A stretch of 61,422 nt of DNA, counting the filler, from Choristocarpus tenellus KU-1152 (Eukaryota > Protista > Phaeophyceae), in NCBI GenBank assembly GCA_964200185.2. It is 6 parts of 6 records of this genome, joined end to end, with 100 filler letters (N's around TTAATTAATTAA, not from the genome) between each part and the next. Parts side by side here need not be neighbours in the genome. Positions count along the whole stretch, not along the records: positions 11,778 to 19,706 come from CAXNAD020005380.1; positions 19,807 to 29,022 come from CAXNAD020003873.1; 4 more parts are not named here. One strand, 5' to 3'. Below are positions 12,171-25,052 of the stretch, piece after piece. Position numbers and translations under genes: made by a program. The notes beneath the pieces were generated by a model. That model saw nothing but the letters and a program-made list of their open reading frames with translations. It was not told the DNA's origin and made no database searches. Every line of letters starts with the position of its first letter. Positions within the stretch are counted from its first letter, which is position 1.

Positions 12171-15100
12171 TCAGAGCCAGGAGTAAACGAGGGGGCATCT
12201 GGGGCCGCGTTTTGAAGATGCTGACAGTTGTGCGCGCAAATTTATTCCTTCTTTTTGCAGACGAGCAAAGAGACTTCTCTGAACTTTCTTTGAGAAATAT
12301 CTAACGGCGGAGAAATGAGCCTTTCTCGAGTCAATCTTGGCACTCCATCCATAGAAATAAGGGCGAAGGGCAAAATATTTGAAAAGAGTGGCTTACAATG
12401 CAAACCATCTAAAACCTGGGTACCTTTTGCTTACTTTGACTCACATCACTTCCACACCACAGTCATCATTCATTCCCCCCTCCCCCCCCCCCAAAAAAAA
12501 ATCAGACTGCGCTCCCCTAATCTAGATATTACAATTCGAAGGTTTCCCCCTAAACTGCACCCTTGAGTATATGCTGTTGTTACAGTTACAGCCTTCTTTA
12601 TGCCCAGTCTCTCCATTCACCGTTGAGATGATGTTTTCAAGCCCTTGAGTCGATTTCACTGGAGCCATAGTAACTTAGAGGGTAGGGCTGCGTCCATTTG
12701 GGGGCCAAAATCCAATGTAGCGATTTTGATGTAATTTTGGCTATCGTGTTTGTTAGGAAGTGCCAATATCCTTGTTCCCGACACGCCTGTTCACAACGTT
12801 TACATTTACCTACTCCAAATCATTTTGGAGTAGGAAAATGTCACAGAAAATCCTATGGGAAGCCAAGTCCCAAATTGATAAACAGGGCAAAATTCTTACC
12901 CTCTAAGATACTTCACTCACTGACCTAATGTAGTCCTTGCAGAGGTCAGCACCGATCTGCCTGGCCTTCCTCCTCCTTCTCGTGGCTTGTCGCCAGTATC
13001 TCTGCCCCAGAACCTTCAGAGCAGAAAATTGTTTTAGCCTGTTGACATGGTTTGTGAGATGGAATGTTCTAGTCCCTCTGCTATATGTATCTAGTATAGA
13101 TGTCGACAATGTTGAGCACGACAGAAATACCACCTCTGGGCAGGTATATATAGCCTCAAAAAAGTATCAACAATAAAGTCGATGACTTGCAAGATTCTCT
13201 CGGAGCAATTTCCATAACAAAAACCCCCTCTGTGATGCAGCTTACCCCGACAGCTCAACCGGTGCACCCGCTCTACACATCAACATGAAGAGGTTCCGTT
13301 CAAGGGCATGTCCAATCTATCTCAAGCCATTCCTTACTGATGAGGGGTGCAAGTTACAAGGGCTGAGGTGGGCAACACACTGGGTCACTGAGGTACCCAG
13401 GGGTAAGAAGACCTCCTCCACCAAAATCGAAGGTGTAGTCCCTGTGGATTAGAAATTGTTGTTTCGTGTGCGTCGGTGATGAGAAGCACTATCAATACAT
13501 CTATGATTACTATGAGTCTCCTGCCTGCAAGGTGCAGTGCAAGGGCCACGCCACCTATTGACCTGAAAGCTTCACTATACATCTTCCAGTCTAAGTCAAT
13601 GCTACACTCTTGCCCAGAGGTAGTATATAACAATCTGAGTGTGGCCCAAAGTATCTGAGGGTGGTGGTGGCTGTCCAATTGATGCCCATTTTTCCATGTC
13701 GTGATTTTTTGATGATTTGGTTGTATGCATTGGATAGATAATGTGAGTTGACTCCTCCTGGTCAGGGCCCAACGGACACCCTGGTGTAGAACCCCCCCCT
13801 CCCCCCTCCCCCCAGATACTTTGAGCCTGTGTTCTGTAAGCTGGAGTATGAAGCAGGTGTTTGTCTGTCTGCCTGTCTCTCTCCTTGTTGTGGAGTGGAA
13901 CTAAAACGTCATTGGCGGAATCGTTTATCTCTGAACTTTTACAGCAGTCAACGAAACCCGTTGGCTACAGCTCTTGGTATCAATCATCTAGAAAATAATA
14001 GCCAGCATGGTTTGGTTGTATGTACGAGCACTCTATCAGTTTTCAAGACCAGGTGAGAATCTCCCGTGACCAAACCTTTGAGCGCAAGTCCTTCTGCAGG
14101 CAGAAGGCAGGGAACAGCATGGACCCCAATCGTCGCTCTTCTCGCCTGCAGGGCATGTGTGCGCTGTTTGCTTCAGAGAGGTTGGGAACGTGTTGTCATA
14201 CATACGGCAAGGCCAAGCAGAAGCAAGTCTGACCAAAGCAAGGACTGGGCTTGAGTGGCGGACTTTGTCAAAGAAGAGCAATGACTCATTCTGGGAAAAG
14301 ATGTTTTGAGCCATCATATCTTAGAGGGGGATCTATTAAGACCCTTTTGATTAATTAGGGCTTACAAGTATTGTGCCCGACACCTCATTTCCATGCCTGA
14401 AATGTAGTTTACTCTCTAGAGGAGGCTGTGGCTGTAGAAGAGGTGTCAAAGTATCTTAGAGGGTAGAGCCACGTCCATTTGGAGGCCAAATCCAATGTTG
14501 CAATTTTGATGTAATTTTGGGTATAATGTTTGTTAGGAGATGTCAATATCCATGTTGCGGACACACCTCTTCATAACATACACATTTTACATACTCCGAA
14601 ACATTTTGGAGAAGGTAAAATGTCATTAAAAACCCGTGGGAAGCCAAGCCCCAAATGGACAAACAGGGAAAAACTCGTACCCTCTAAAATACTTTCAAAC
14701 AGAGGCGACAAGCATTCATCCATGTCTGTGCAAAATTTTCCTTAAGAGTGCTTGAAGTATATGTACTATAAGGTAGTCACAGGCGCCTCAAATACCCAAT
14801 ACAATCCCCCTCTAGGACATCATAGCTCAATACCTGGCGCCAGCATGTGCGAGACACTTAAATGAGGAAAGAAGCAAACGGTGTTCCAAATAGGGATTTT
14901 TTATTCAGGCGCTTCTGACTAATTAGGAAAATTCCTAATTTCGACCTCTAGGAAATCTGCAATCAGTGGAGTGACATGATGTTATGAAATTTACTGCTAG
15001 AGATATAACCAGTTTTAGATACACTGTCAACGATTTCTTCTATTGTCATACTGTGCTGCATAATACGCCAAAACCCTATGAAAACCGCTAACGTGTACTT

Positions 15101-16682
15101 TGAAAGAATGGTTGGATTTGGATTGAAGCAGTGACATAGAAGAGAAAATCCAGTCAGGGAAATGTTGACTACCTATTTCCAGGGCATGACATATCAGCAT
15201 ATCTCAACCAGAGAGTAATTCAAGTTGTAGTGCTAGAGAGCGTAAGACCTTTCTTTGCCAAACTCAACTGAAGTTTGGCACAATGGTTATTCTGTGAGGA
15301 AGGAAATACAACAGTACTTTCTCTGAATTATACATGAGATCTAGAGCACACAAACCTGAATGTTGAGAATGATATTTTATCCTTATTATGGGGATCCATT
15401 ATCCCCATAAGTGATGAGACAGTCTCACGAACTCGGGCAGGGTCTGTATGTAATAGGCTGACCAGCTCAACAACATCGTTTTTGTTGCACCACTCCTTGC
15501 CATTTGCCATGACATCAAATGCAAATCGGATCAGTGATTCATGGATCAAAGTTCCTGTGTGCATGTTTGGATAGTACAGCTTTAAGGCATGGCATATTAT
15601 TGTTCGATTAGTATCTCTAAACGTAGATGTTTGACCTTCATTGGTAAACCCACTGAGTCACATGCTATGTTGTAGTCTAAAGTTGGTCAGTACTACATCT
15701 GACCATGCTTTATCTGAAAACTAGAACAACTAGCATTTAGAATACCTGTACTCACCGTAGTTGTACATGCTGACAAAGAATTGCTCGAATGTAATGCACG
15801 TAAGAGCGGAGAGAGAGCCCCTCCTACCTTTAGAGTCCTGTGGGAATCGAAACTGCAGTTTGATGTTCTGAACATGGGAACAGCATGGACGATATGGTGC
15901 AATCTCGTATCTTGCTAAGGCTCAAAGCATCTGGGGGGGGGGGGGGGTCTTCACCAGGTTGTCCAATCGGGCCATGACCAGGAGAAGTGAGCTTATGTTA
16001 TTCATCCGGCGAATGCAATCTAATCACCCAAAAATCGCGACAGGGATAATGGGCCCCGAATGGACAGCCGACACCTCCTCCCCAGATACTTTGAGCCTGG
16101 GCATCTGGATTCAATTGACCAGGTGCGCCATCAGCAAATATTGCAATAGTTGCTTGGATGAAAGCACACTATTCCCGTAAAACATAACCCTTTAGCCGAA
16201 ATTTGCAGAGTATCACTTGATTCTGTTTCCTGGTAAAGTTTATCGACGTTCTTCTCTGAAGCGCGAGGAAGAGACTTCACCTTTGCAAAGAATGCCAGTT
16301 GTTGGAAGGCTCTTTTGTTGTACTCGGTGAAATCGATATCAAAGTAGTCGAAGAACGTCTCGATGCCAAAGCTGTCTTTACGTTGAACGTCAACGTCATA
16401 GAACACCCGCAAGATCGGGGCCACATCCTTCTCTCTAAGGTTGACTTTTCGGACGAACGCTACCAATGGAGGATTATCCTGTGTATATATATGTAGTATT
16501 GTAGGGATGGTTTTGGCTGAGAAGCATATCTGTAAGCAAGCAAGTGCTAGGATTCGGCCCCTATCAGGCAGCACTTGCTCACCAAGACCAGTCGGTTGTA
16601 ATGCGCCATCCTGATCCCGAACCTCATTCGGAATATGATGCTCCGACATGACGATTCTTCGTCCATACTTCAAAGAGACCAT
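12171..16682 (-). CDS. Calcineurin B-like / EF-hand protein with degenerate Ca loops
   Basis: Exons: ~16682-16282 (...ILRVFYDVDVQRKDSFGIETFFDYFDIDFTEYNKRAF...), ~15837-15756 (...ITFEQFFVSMYNY), ~15554-15357 (GTLIHESLIRFAFDVMANGKEW...MDPHNKDKISFSTF), 14145-14076 (..SMLFPAFCLQKDLRSK), 13013-12925 (VLGQRYWRQATRRRRK..), and a probable last exon 12300-12171. LFPAFxLQxxLRxKVLGxxxW is the typical C-terminus of a stramenopile EF-hand family. The start and last exon are uncertain. Confidence 0.75.
12662..12918 (+). mobile_element. MITE family A copy
   Basis: GAGCCATAGTAACTTAGAGGGTAG ... TACCCTCTAAGATACTTCACTC, with the shared interior GTCCATTTGGGGGCCAAAATCCAATGT. Confidence 0.8.
13275..13560 (+). pseudogene. 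Degenerate Tc1/mariner (plant-mariner-like) transposase fragment in an intron
   Basis: Translation LKPFLTDEGCKLQGLRWATHWV...VVPVD*KLLF, then after a frameshift ...YESPACKVQCKGH. This resembles the mariner pattern LKPxLTxxxKxxRLxW...VHVDEKWFY...PxRxVQxKxH, with a stop at the DE position. Confidence 0.55.
13643..13827 (+). mobile_element. MITE family B copy
   Basis: GGCCCAAAGTATCTGAGGG ... CCCCAGATACTTTGAGCC, TSD TGT/TGT. Confidence 0.85.
14443..14700 (+). mobile_element. MITE family A copy nested in a larger related inverted-repeat element (14308-14828)
   Basis: GTGTCAAAGTATCTTAGAGGGTAG ... TACCCTCTAAAATACTTTCAAAC, with the shared interior. Confidence 0.8.
15919..16097 (-). mobile_element. 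MITE family B copy
   Basis: GGCTCAAAGCATCTGGGGGG ... CCCCAGATACTTTGAGCC, with the interior inverted relative to the 10087 copy. No matching TSD. Confidence 0.8.
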
Positions 16683-17154
16683 TTCTCATCTTAGCCAAAC
16701 ATGCTGCCGTACTGTACGAAAGTATTGATCTTGGGTTCGAATAGAATCGTCAGCTTAAGTTCAGACAAGGCGGTGGAGAGGGCGAGGGTAATGAGAACGG
16801 GTACTATCACAAAAAGGAACAACATATTCTTGACGTTTCAGCTCCTCATGGAAGGCGTTTGCTCCGGTGATTTAATTGTGTATGGAGGGTCTTGTTCAAA
16901 ACCAACCCGCAATCGGAGCAACTAGTGTCGACACAACTACTGTCGAAGCAGCGCCTATTAGGACTTACCTCTGAGCATAAGCTTAAGGGAATTGAAGTAT
17001 AAACGTGCCAACACATGCTCAGGTAGCTGGAGAGTGATAGGGAGGCGGAAAGGGCAACCTCGGATCAGAGCATAGGAAAGCCCCTTGGTGGGGACCTGCC
17101 AGAGCTTGCCCTGGTCCCTTCACAGCTTTGGGGCTGGTAATAGGGGAGGAGTGA

Positions 17155-17460
17155 ATGGATAATGAGGTGCCTGATACCGCAGTCCGTCAGGCCCGGACCC
17201 CACCGACCTCGCCTAGGCCAGCAATCTCGAAATTGCCTCGTGAAGGGGAAGGGTTGCCAGAGGCTGTGGAGACGATTACCATCGCAACACTTCTGTCTAA
17301 GGAGGTTGTGTCTGACTCGCTAGCACGCTGTTTGACACTTCGAGATGTGTTCAAGGTGGGGTCCTCTTGTCGATCGTTGATGAACCGCCTCCTGATCGTG
17401 GACGGTGGAGCTTCGATGGTGGCAGGGTCTGTGCAGGAAAATGGAGTGGAGAAAGAAGTG
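17155..17460 (+). CDS. First exon of an uncharacterised protein with a possible F-box-like motif
   Basis: 102-aa ATG ORF. LLSKEVVSDSLARCLTLRDVFKVGSSCRSL resembles an F-box pattern. It lies divergent to the EF-hand gene. Downstream exons were not resolved. Confidence 0.4.
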
Positions 17461-19433
17461 TAAGTTTTTATTGAAGCAAATAGCGATGTATCTCGTTGAA
17501 GATATTGTCAACCCTTCCATGCGGATTTACTGCCCAATGCTGGACGTTTTCACATCATCGCGGAATCACCAACAGTATCTTCCTTTGACTCCACTGATAT
17601 CTCCACCAAAATCCACAGGTGCTTAGTGGTACATATCCGGGGAGCGAAAGAATTCTTGGCCTACTTCCGAGCGCTAGAACAGGCAAGACTGCGTTACTCT
17701 CTACCCCCTATGTCATTCCTCTCGGTGCCCTCCCTCGCCAGCAAATTGCAAAGTGGATAGAAATCTTTTCACTTTTTGGCTTGTCCATCATTGCTGTAGC
17801 CATGGATTTCACTCTTAAACACCTGTTCAATATCTGGACCCTTCTACTCTTCTCTATCACTAGCTTGCAAGATGGAGATCGATTTGCTGCTGAGCTTTCC
17901 TTGGGCTTGGAATTGCTACTTGCATTTCTTTTCCACTGTATGACAAGAGCTCCTTCAGGCATGGTGTTGACTTGTGGCATATCAAAGTAGTGCGACAAGG
18001 GGGTGCCTTTTTTTGGCCTAAGTGTTCTATTTCTAACAGATGGATTGATATCAGCTCTGAATGTGTTGTCTATATTTTAGCAGATAGTGAGGGCTTAAAT
18101 AGGGGCAAGTATGCATGAGGATATGTACTCGGAAGTGAGAACCATTATCGCTTCCACTGTCGTTTGAAAACTGTCTTATATTCACAAGTTGAGGTTAGCA
18201 CTCAAATTTGGAATGTGCTGATAATGTTTAAGAGCGAGTTAATGAATAGGGAGAGTGGCTGGGTGCATGGGTGTTGACCTCTTGACTGCACATACTTCTC
18301 AAAAATCGCATGTATGGGCAAATTTCATGTCTCTCCCAACCCCCTTCCTCAGCTGCAGGCTTGTTTTATTTGCAGCTAATGATAGACTGTTGCAGCCTTG
18401 TGTGCACCCTGTCCTGGTAGGCTGTCTGTTTTTTGTGCATGCATGGCATATGCAATGCCCCAAAGTTCTAAGGAGTAGACCGTTACCCCTCGATTCACTC
18501 AATGGATGTGATGTTTGGTGTCTTAGGATGTTAGTGTGGAAACTATGGGGGAATGTCGTTGAGCCTTTCTTTGCAAGACACTGTACATTTCAGTGCAGCA
18601 CCGCTCAGTGTCCAGAGCTTTTACTCTTTATTTTTAGCACTTCAACCGCGTAGCTCTCCTTGAAGATTTCTTTTTTTTTGGAAGTTACAAAAAATACACT
18701 CCTGTGAACATACGCCCCAAAACGCCTGTGAAAAGAAAGTTCTCACGCTGGCAGGTTTTGCCTATTTGGATACACGATTTGTGAACAAGTCGATGAAGAC
18801 ATGTACTTCGTGTTCACATTTTTTTGCTCCAAAATATGGTGGGTTGGCAGCAGTCTGGAGTTTTTAGCTCTAAATTTCTACCATAAATTCCTACGTAGTG
18901 AATATTAATACTGAAAAGCCTATTTTTTTTTCGACCCTCATTGATAAAGTCTTAGTGGTCAGATACCAAACCTCGAGTTCCCCGTCGCTTCATACTGGAG
19001 GGTATTGCGGTTGTAACTTGAGAACTAGACCTCTTCCTCTTGGGGCCAACAGGCAGCGGCTCCTATGTGGTCAGCACAGGCGTGGGGAATAAAAAAAAAA
19101 ATGTGCACAAAGACTGGATTGAAAATGTGACTTTCTCCTTAGCTTTTGTGAAATACTTTTCAACTTCTCACGCATTATTTTTGGTAAAAGAAAGCAATAA
19201 ATTTTTTGGGAAGAGGTTGTTGGGTTCCTTCCCCAATGGGTGAAAGTACACACGCACATTTACTTGTATTTATATTTTAGCAAAATGCCTTGATTTGTTG
19301 AGAAAACCTTGCTCGACAAGTACTTTGGGTTGTGTCGGATGGAATGGTGTGATCCCTCCTTCTTTTTGAAGTTGCCGTCAGCCGTAGCCAGATATGTACG
19401 TATTACAAGCCGAGAAGTGGGAGTAAGAAGAGC

Positions 19434-19522
19434 ATGTACCCATAGCAGCTGTGAACTGTGCCTTGTCATTTCCTAGGCTATGTACCCATAGCAGCTGTGA
19501 ACAGTGCCTTGTCATTTCCTAG
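19434..19522. repeat. Tandem duplication, ~46-bp period, 2 copies
   Basis: ATGTACCCATAGCAGCTGTGAAC(T/A)GTGCCTTGTCATTTCCTAG occurs twice. Confidence 0.9.
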
Positions 19523-19576
19523 TCTATATTGGGGAGAGGGGAGGTGTGTCTTTCATCTTGTGGCCTCGTACATGGA

Positions 19577-19600
19577 TTAGGGTTAGGGTTAGGGTTAGAG
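19577..19600 (+). repeat. Short interstitial telomere-like (TTAGGG)n tract
   Basis: TTAGGGTTAGGGTTAGGGTTAGAG. Confidence 0.6.
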
Positions 19601-19706
19601 TTGGTTTAACCATGTGACTAGCCGCTGCTGAAAAAGAGCCGGTGATGGATTGAGGTATTGGCAGGGTACCTTCACTGATATATGCGTATGTATTTATTTA
19701 TGTATG

Positions 19707-19806
19707 NNNNNNNNNNNNNNNNNNNNNNNNNNNNNNNNNNNNNNNNNNNNTTAATTAATTAANNNNNNNNNNNNNNNNNNNNNNNNNNNNNNNNNNNNNN
19801 NNNNNN
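19707..19806. other. Artificial contig spacer
   Basis: Same N/TTAATTAATTAA/N structure. Confidence 0.97.
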
Positions 19807-19925
19807 CTCCATCACTGACCTCCCCATGCCTCATCATGAAGACCCCAGGCACTCTCCTTTGAACCTCTCCACGCCCACCCCCACCCCCCCCTCCTTCCCT
19901 ACCTGTCATTGTTGTGGTATTGCAG

Positions 19926-22900
19926 CACTCTACACGATGCTGTTCCTCCTATGCCAGCCGACAAGGTGCAGGAGGTGCTTGATTGGGAGTTGGATACACC
20001 ATCAGAGGAGCTGTTTTCGAATCTCAACCTTACACACCCTGTGGGTTCGGCCTCCATAAGCCAGGTCAGTCGGGAAGTTGTCAGTCTTTGCATTGCTAAC
20101 ATTGCCAAAATTTGTTTTGGCAATGTAGGGAGCTGATATGCCCTATACCCTCTTACAGTGCTTTGGTAATTAATGATGAACTGTCCATTATTATAGTTGG
20201 TGCAGTGGAGCTGAATGGGACATGGGATTGGAGCTGCTGTGGGACAGGCATAGATTATCATTTGTTTTGTTCATTCAGAATGACAGGAGCATGCCCCCTA
20301 CTGCAGCCACATCCATTGTGTGATTGTTATTGTGCACTATTGCGTGATTGTTATTATTATTATCAACTATTGTGTGATTGTTATTATGCACTATTGCGTT
20401 ATTGTTATTATTATTATCAGCTATTGTGTGCAATGGGGCTGTATCAGAGTGCCAAGTGCTGCAAGGGGCTGGTGGAGGATCAACCCACCTCTGATGACAG
20501 ACATGCAAATAGCACACAAGAAAGACTCTTTGTAGTAGAGTCCAAGACATGTCTGGTTTGTACGGTCATAATTATTGCATTTTCTTCAGAACACCCTGGA
20601 TTCCCCTATGCCCCTTGCCTGTAGCACAGGTGCACCAAGGTGTCCTCAAGGCGACAGGAGAGAAAGTGGCTGTAAAGGTCAGAGATATGATATCTTAGAT
20701 GTTGGTCTATTCAGGCCCCCTCGAAGCATCTAGGACTCTTGAAACTTCTCCCTGACACCCAATTTCTCATGCCTGATGAGGCTGACCTAGTCTTCCTTGG
20801 GAGACTGTGATTGTAGTAGTACGTAAAAGTTCATCCACATTAGTGCAAAATCTCTCTCCTGAGCACTAGAAGCTCACCTGTCAGAAGGCAGTGCAGTGGC
20901 CCCAGCTGCTTGACGACACCCTTCCCTGTAGTAGGACTGTAGTAGGATGACTCTGTGTATGGTTTCCTCTGATTAGTATTTTGTTTGTCGCAGAATTGAC
21001 TTTATTAATTGACTATTTATTAATGCCATCAACTGTTTCAGGACAGAGTGTGATTGGTACCTTCAAAAAATTCATTTGGACAAGTGCCCTCCCGGAGCAG
21101 CTGGCCACATCATTGGTCTTGAGTTGTGATGCCGTCTTACTCTATCAATTGAGAAAGTGACATGTGTGTGTGTGTGTGTGTGTGTGTGTACCACTCCCTG
21201 CCACTGAATCCACACCTCTTTCAGGATTCAGAGTCATTATTTAGTTTGAGTAGATGAGAACTTTTGCAACGGTCAGGCACAAAGTTGTAGTCCAATTCGT
21301 GTTTTTGTGTTTGTCTTGAAACTGAAAAGGTGCAATACCCAGGGGCGGAGGCAGTGATGATGTCGGACCTGCGCAACCTCAAGGCTTTGGCATGGTTTCT
21401 GCAGAAATTTGAGCTCAACTTTGATATACTCTCCAGCCTCCGAGAGCTCTCGAAGCAGATAAAGCTGGAGTTTGACTTCAGGTGCCATTGATACTGTGAT
21501 GTCACATTTTTGATGATGGGACAATAACTGTTTGAGTGCAGCAACAAGTACTACCTTGAAGTATGGTTAGTGACATAGTGCTCGTACAAGGTGGTATGGA
21601 GTTTTCCTGTATTGAGGAAGGTGTTTGGTACATTTTGTTCCAATTTGCCCGATGCAACCGTCAGCTGCAAGCCATAGCTCTCCATGCATCACATCCTCCA
21701 ACAATTAGATCTACTAGTTGATCATGACCATTGCTTACTCTATTATTATAGCACTTTTTGTTGAAAGGGTTTTGTATGCAGAGTACACATAGCAGCTGAG
21801 CTGGCCTTGAGTACAAAAACCTGAGGCTGTTCAAAACCTGAGGATTTTTTTTCAAGTACCAAGTAACCCTTTTGCATGGAGGAGGACAGGACAGACCTTA
21901 GTTCACCTAACTAGACAGTATGGGCGCTTGTTCCACAGACATAAAATGCAATTCACTTCACAGTACCATGTCCCCAACCAGCTCCTATTTTCACTCCTTA
22001 ACCTCCTGTTACGTACATACTTGGGCTGTATCTACTACAATTTATACTTTATACTAGGTTTAGAGAATGTGATCTCCGGTACTACCCCACCTATCAATAG
22101 TAGGACAGCAGTAGTGCAACATAATGTATGAGTTTTGTTGAGCATTTCCATTTCACTGTTCAAATCTGATAGTTTTGCCCTCCTTTCATGCCCCCCCCCC
22201 CCTTCCACCCCAGTACATCTTACGAACCATAGCAATACGTAACTAATGCACAAGCTGGCTTTTCCTTGACTTGTGGCTCTTTATTGATGACTCATGCAGG
22301 GAAGAGGCAAAGACCATGGATAGAATGGCCAGCTCCCTGTCGCAATGCTCAGGGCTCCTCAAAGTGCCACAGAGTCGACATGTGACAAAGGGAGTGTTAG
22401 TGATGTCATTCCTAGAGGTTCGTGGAAATGAAAATATGTCTCTTCCATTGCTATTGGGGGTGTTTTTGCCTGTGCTCTGGATAAGGTGCATCGACAGGAG
22501 ATGGAACAGGTTTTTGTTGTTGGAATGTATTTAAATGGCTTGTGTGAGTGTTCTTTATCAACAAAGTGGTATTTGAGTAGTGACTGTTCATTAGAGGAAA
22601 TTTGTTTCACTCAGGAATGGTGTTTGACACCAGTCTAAATTTCTGCTGCTGTGAGGTTTCTTGTGATAGATCTATTGGGACCCACTACTAGTGCAAATGT
22701 ATTGTCTGTATCCCATTGGCTAACATCCTGGATATCTCACAAGGTGGTCTGTTACCATTGATGACCTCAGTGTCCTATTGTAGACATCTACTCAGAATCT
22801 TCCCTCCTTGGAACCATTTCATGCTGTACTAGTTGTACACCAACTTCCTCTTCAACAGACATGTTTTGATTTTCCTGCACCACACTTGATGACACAACAA

Positions 22901-25052
22901 GTTGTATTAGGTATACGACACACTATTTGCTTGTGTTAGTATAGACATACATATATAGACATATATATACATTGTTTGTGCTCGATGTATTAATCCCCTT
23001 CATTCCTGTGTACATATTATCTCATGCAGGGGGAGTCTCTTGCACAGCTCAAGAGGTCAGGAAAGGAGCGCTTCCGCACAGCACGGAAACGTATCGGTAA
23101 GAAGCTCCTCTATGACCTGGCAGATGCCTGGGGTCACATGATATTTAATGAGGTGAGTGCTATCTCAACCACTATGGGGGTATGTTGGTTCTCCTCTTTC
23201 CCTCCAACTCTGAGGTTGTGGGCAACGCTGCTGTCTTTGGTAACTGTCATATATACTGCATGTGATGTAGGTCGCATTAGGCAAGAGGAAGTCACTATGA
23301 CAAAGGTTTGCAATAGTGCCAACACTTAATTCAAAGGTAGTGGAGGCTGCAACTGCCATGCTATGCCCTAACTATCCTTTTTTTTTATGGTACCAGGTAC
23401 CATTCCTTAGGGTTAGGGTTTCTGTTCTTCAAGGACCGTCGTGCACAGTAGGGGGGACCGATGCTTGCCCTGGCCCTAACAAAGGACTGATGGATGGTTG
23501 TTCAGAAGATTGTGTTTTGATATTTCTCTGTAGAATGTGGAGATGACACCTACTCAACACATAGGAAAGGCATAGGTTCTGTAGTACTAGCTCTAGTTGA
23601 TAGTGGCTATTTTCTCTCATTTCTTTTTGGGTACTACTGTTGTGATACAGTCAACTACAATGCCAACAGTGTCTGTATGCCGATGGGCTGATGGGCTTTG
23701 TTAAATGTACGAAGGCACTACCGTACAAGACATGCCTCGTGCAAACCTTCCCCAGAAGTTAGTGAGAAAGAATCTTCTAACTGTGCTAATTTGTTGGAAT
23801 GAGTTGCCCAACTTGATTTATACTGTATGTAACAAATTCTGTACTAAATTGATTACAGAGCAAAGCAAAGCTTTTCAAAACACAGGACCTTTTGGGGGGT
23901 GCACGGTTTTTGGGGGTTATGCTTTTCAGATGTGCAGCTACAGGGTATACCCCCAAGAAAAATCGGTGCAAGTATAGCCGTCTATTGTGGTTGGTGCTGT
24001 GCCCTAAATTGCATGTCGGCAAGGTGTGAGATGACTATGCTATTTTCTTAAACAGGAACACTTTTAAGAATGAAATAAGAAATATGAAATGTATGTTTTT
24101 TCAAATTTTATTATGTTTATTATTATTACACACTCTGGAGTAAATGCAGAGATGAAAGGAAAGGAGGGCAGTATGATGAAATAGGCAGGTAGAAGGCAAG
24201 GGGTGCGGTATGGTAATAGTTACAGATGTCAACTGCTTTGTGTGTAGGGATAGTGCGATCAATGTAATATCTATTTAATCATCAATCAGAACACACTCCA
24301 TCTCTTAAGACTGCTCAATTTCGCCTTGGACTGTGTCTGATTGCACCACTCTAAAAAGAAATGTTCTTAAAAAAAATTGTTAGTGTTTTATGTTTTGGGT
24401 GGGTTGGCAACTGCCCTGTTTACTGTGTTACAGGAGGCATTATTGCTGACTGTGTCAGAACATTAGCTTCCGTACAAGATAAAATTAATTATCAATGATC
24501 CCATATACTGTTTACATACTCATGTGTAGTAGAACATGATGTGTACATGTTCTGTATATACATTTGTGTGTGTGTGTGTGCATGTCGGTCAGTCCTTCAG
24601 TTGGCAGGAACTTGGCAGGACATGTAGGGAGAGTATAGTCATTGTCATTTGTTTGGCGATGTACTGGAACTGTGCTGGATATAACACTGGTTTTTCACAT
24701 GGAAGACTGGGTAGAATAGAAAACCCAGTCCGTTTTTCACAAGGAGTTCGATGATCACCACCTTGCTCACTCAATTATCTCCTAAAAATTAAAACAAAGA
24801 GCTCCTTAAATCAACAAAACATAATTCCTCACATGATAAATTTTGGTTATAACTCCCCCCCCTCACATGGACACATACATCCCTCTCTATATATCTATAT
24901 ATCTACACAGTTGCTCTGAATCATTTTACCTGTTCCTGTTTTTACATCAACCATATGGCTATCATGTTTCTTGGAATACCAGGGATTGTTCAACGCTGAC
25001 CCACACCCTGGTAATATCCTCATCATGCCAGAGGGAAGACCAGGGCCGATAG
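19926..25052 (+). CDS. ABC1/UbiB (ADCK/aarF) atypical kinase, internal part; 5' end lost at contig break
   Basis: In-phase exons: 19926-20064 (LHDAVPPMP...PVGSASISQ), 20630-20677 (VHQGVLKATGEKVAVK), 21330-21481 (VQYPGAEAVMMSDLRNL...QIKLEFDFR), 22300-22417 (EEAKTM...VLVMSFLE), 23030-23152, and 24983-~25052 (GLFNADPHPGNILI). The ABC1 motifs ASIxQVH, VAVKVQYP, EFDFxxEA and ADPHPGN are all present. Confidence 0.92.
20318..20430. repeat. Intronic minisatellite with an embedded (TTA)n tract, ~54-bp period
   Basis: TGTGTGATTGTTATT(G/A)TGCACTATTGCGT(G/T)ATTGTTATTATTATTATCA.CTAT occurs twice. Confidence 0.85.

Noticed and set aside
20112-20624. Cys/Tyr-rich and Asn-rich ORFs (CYYYYQLL / NNNNN)
   Set aside because: They are translations of an intronic minisatellite.
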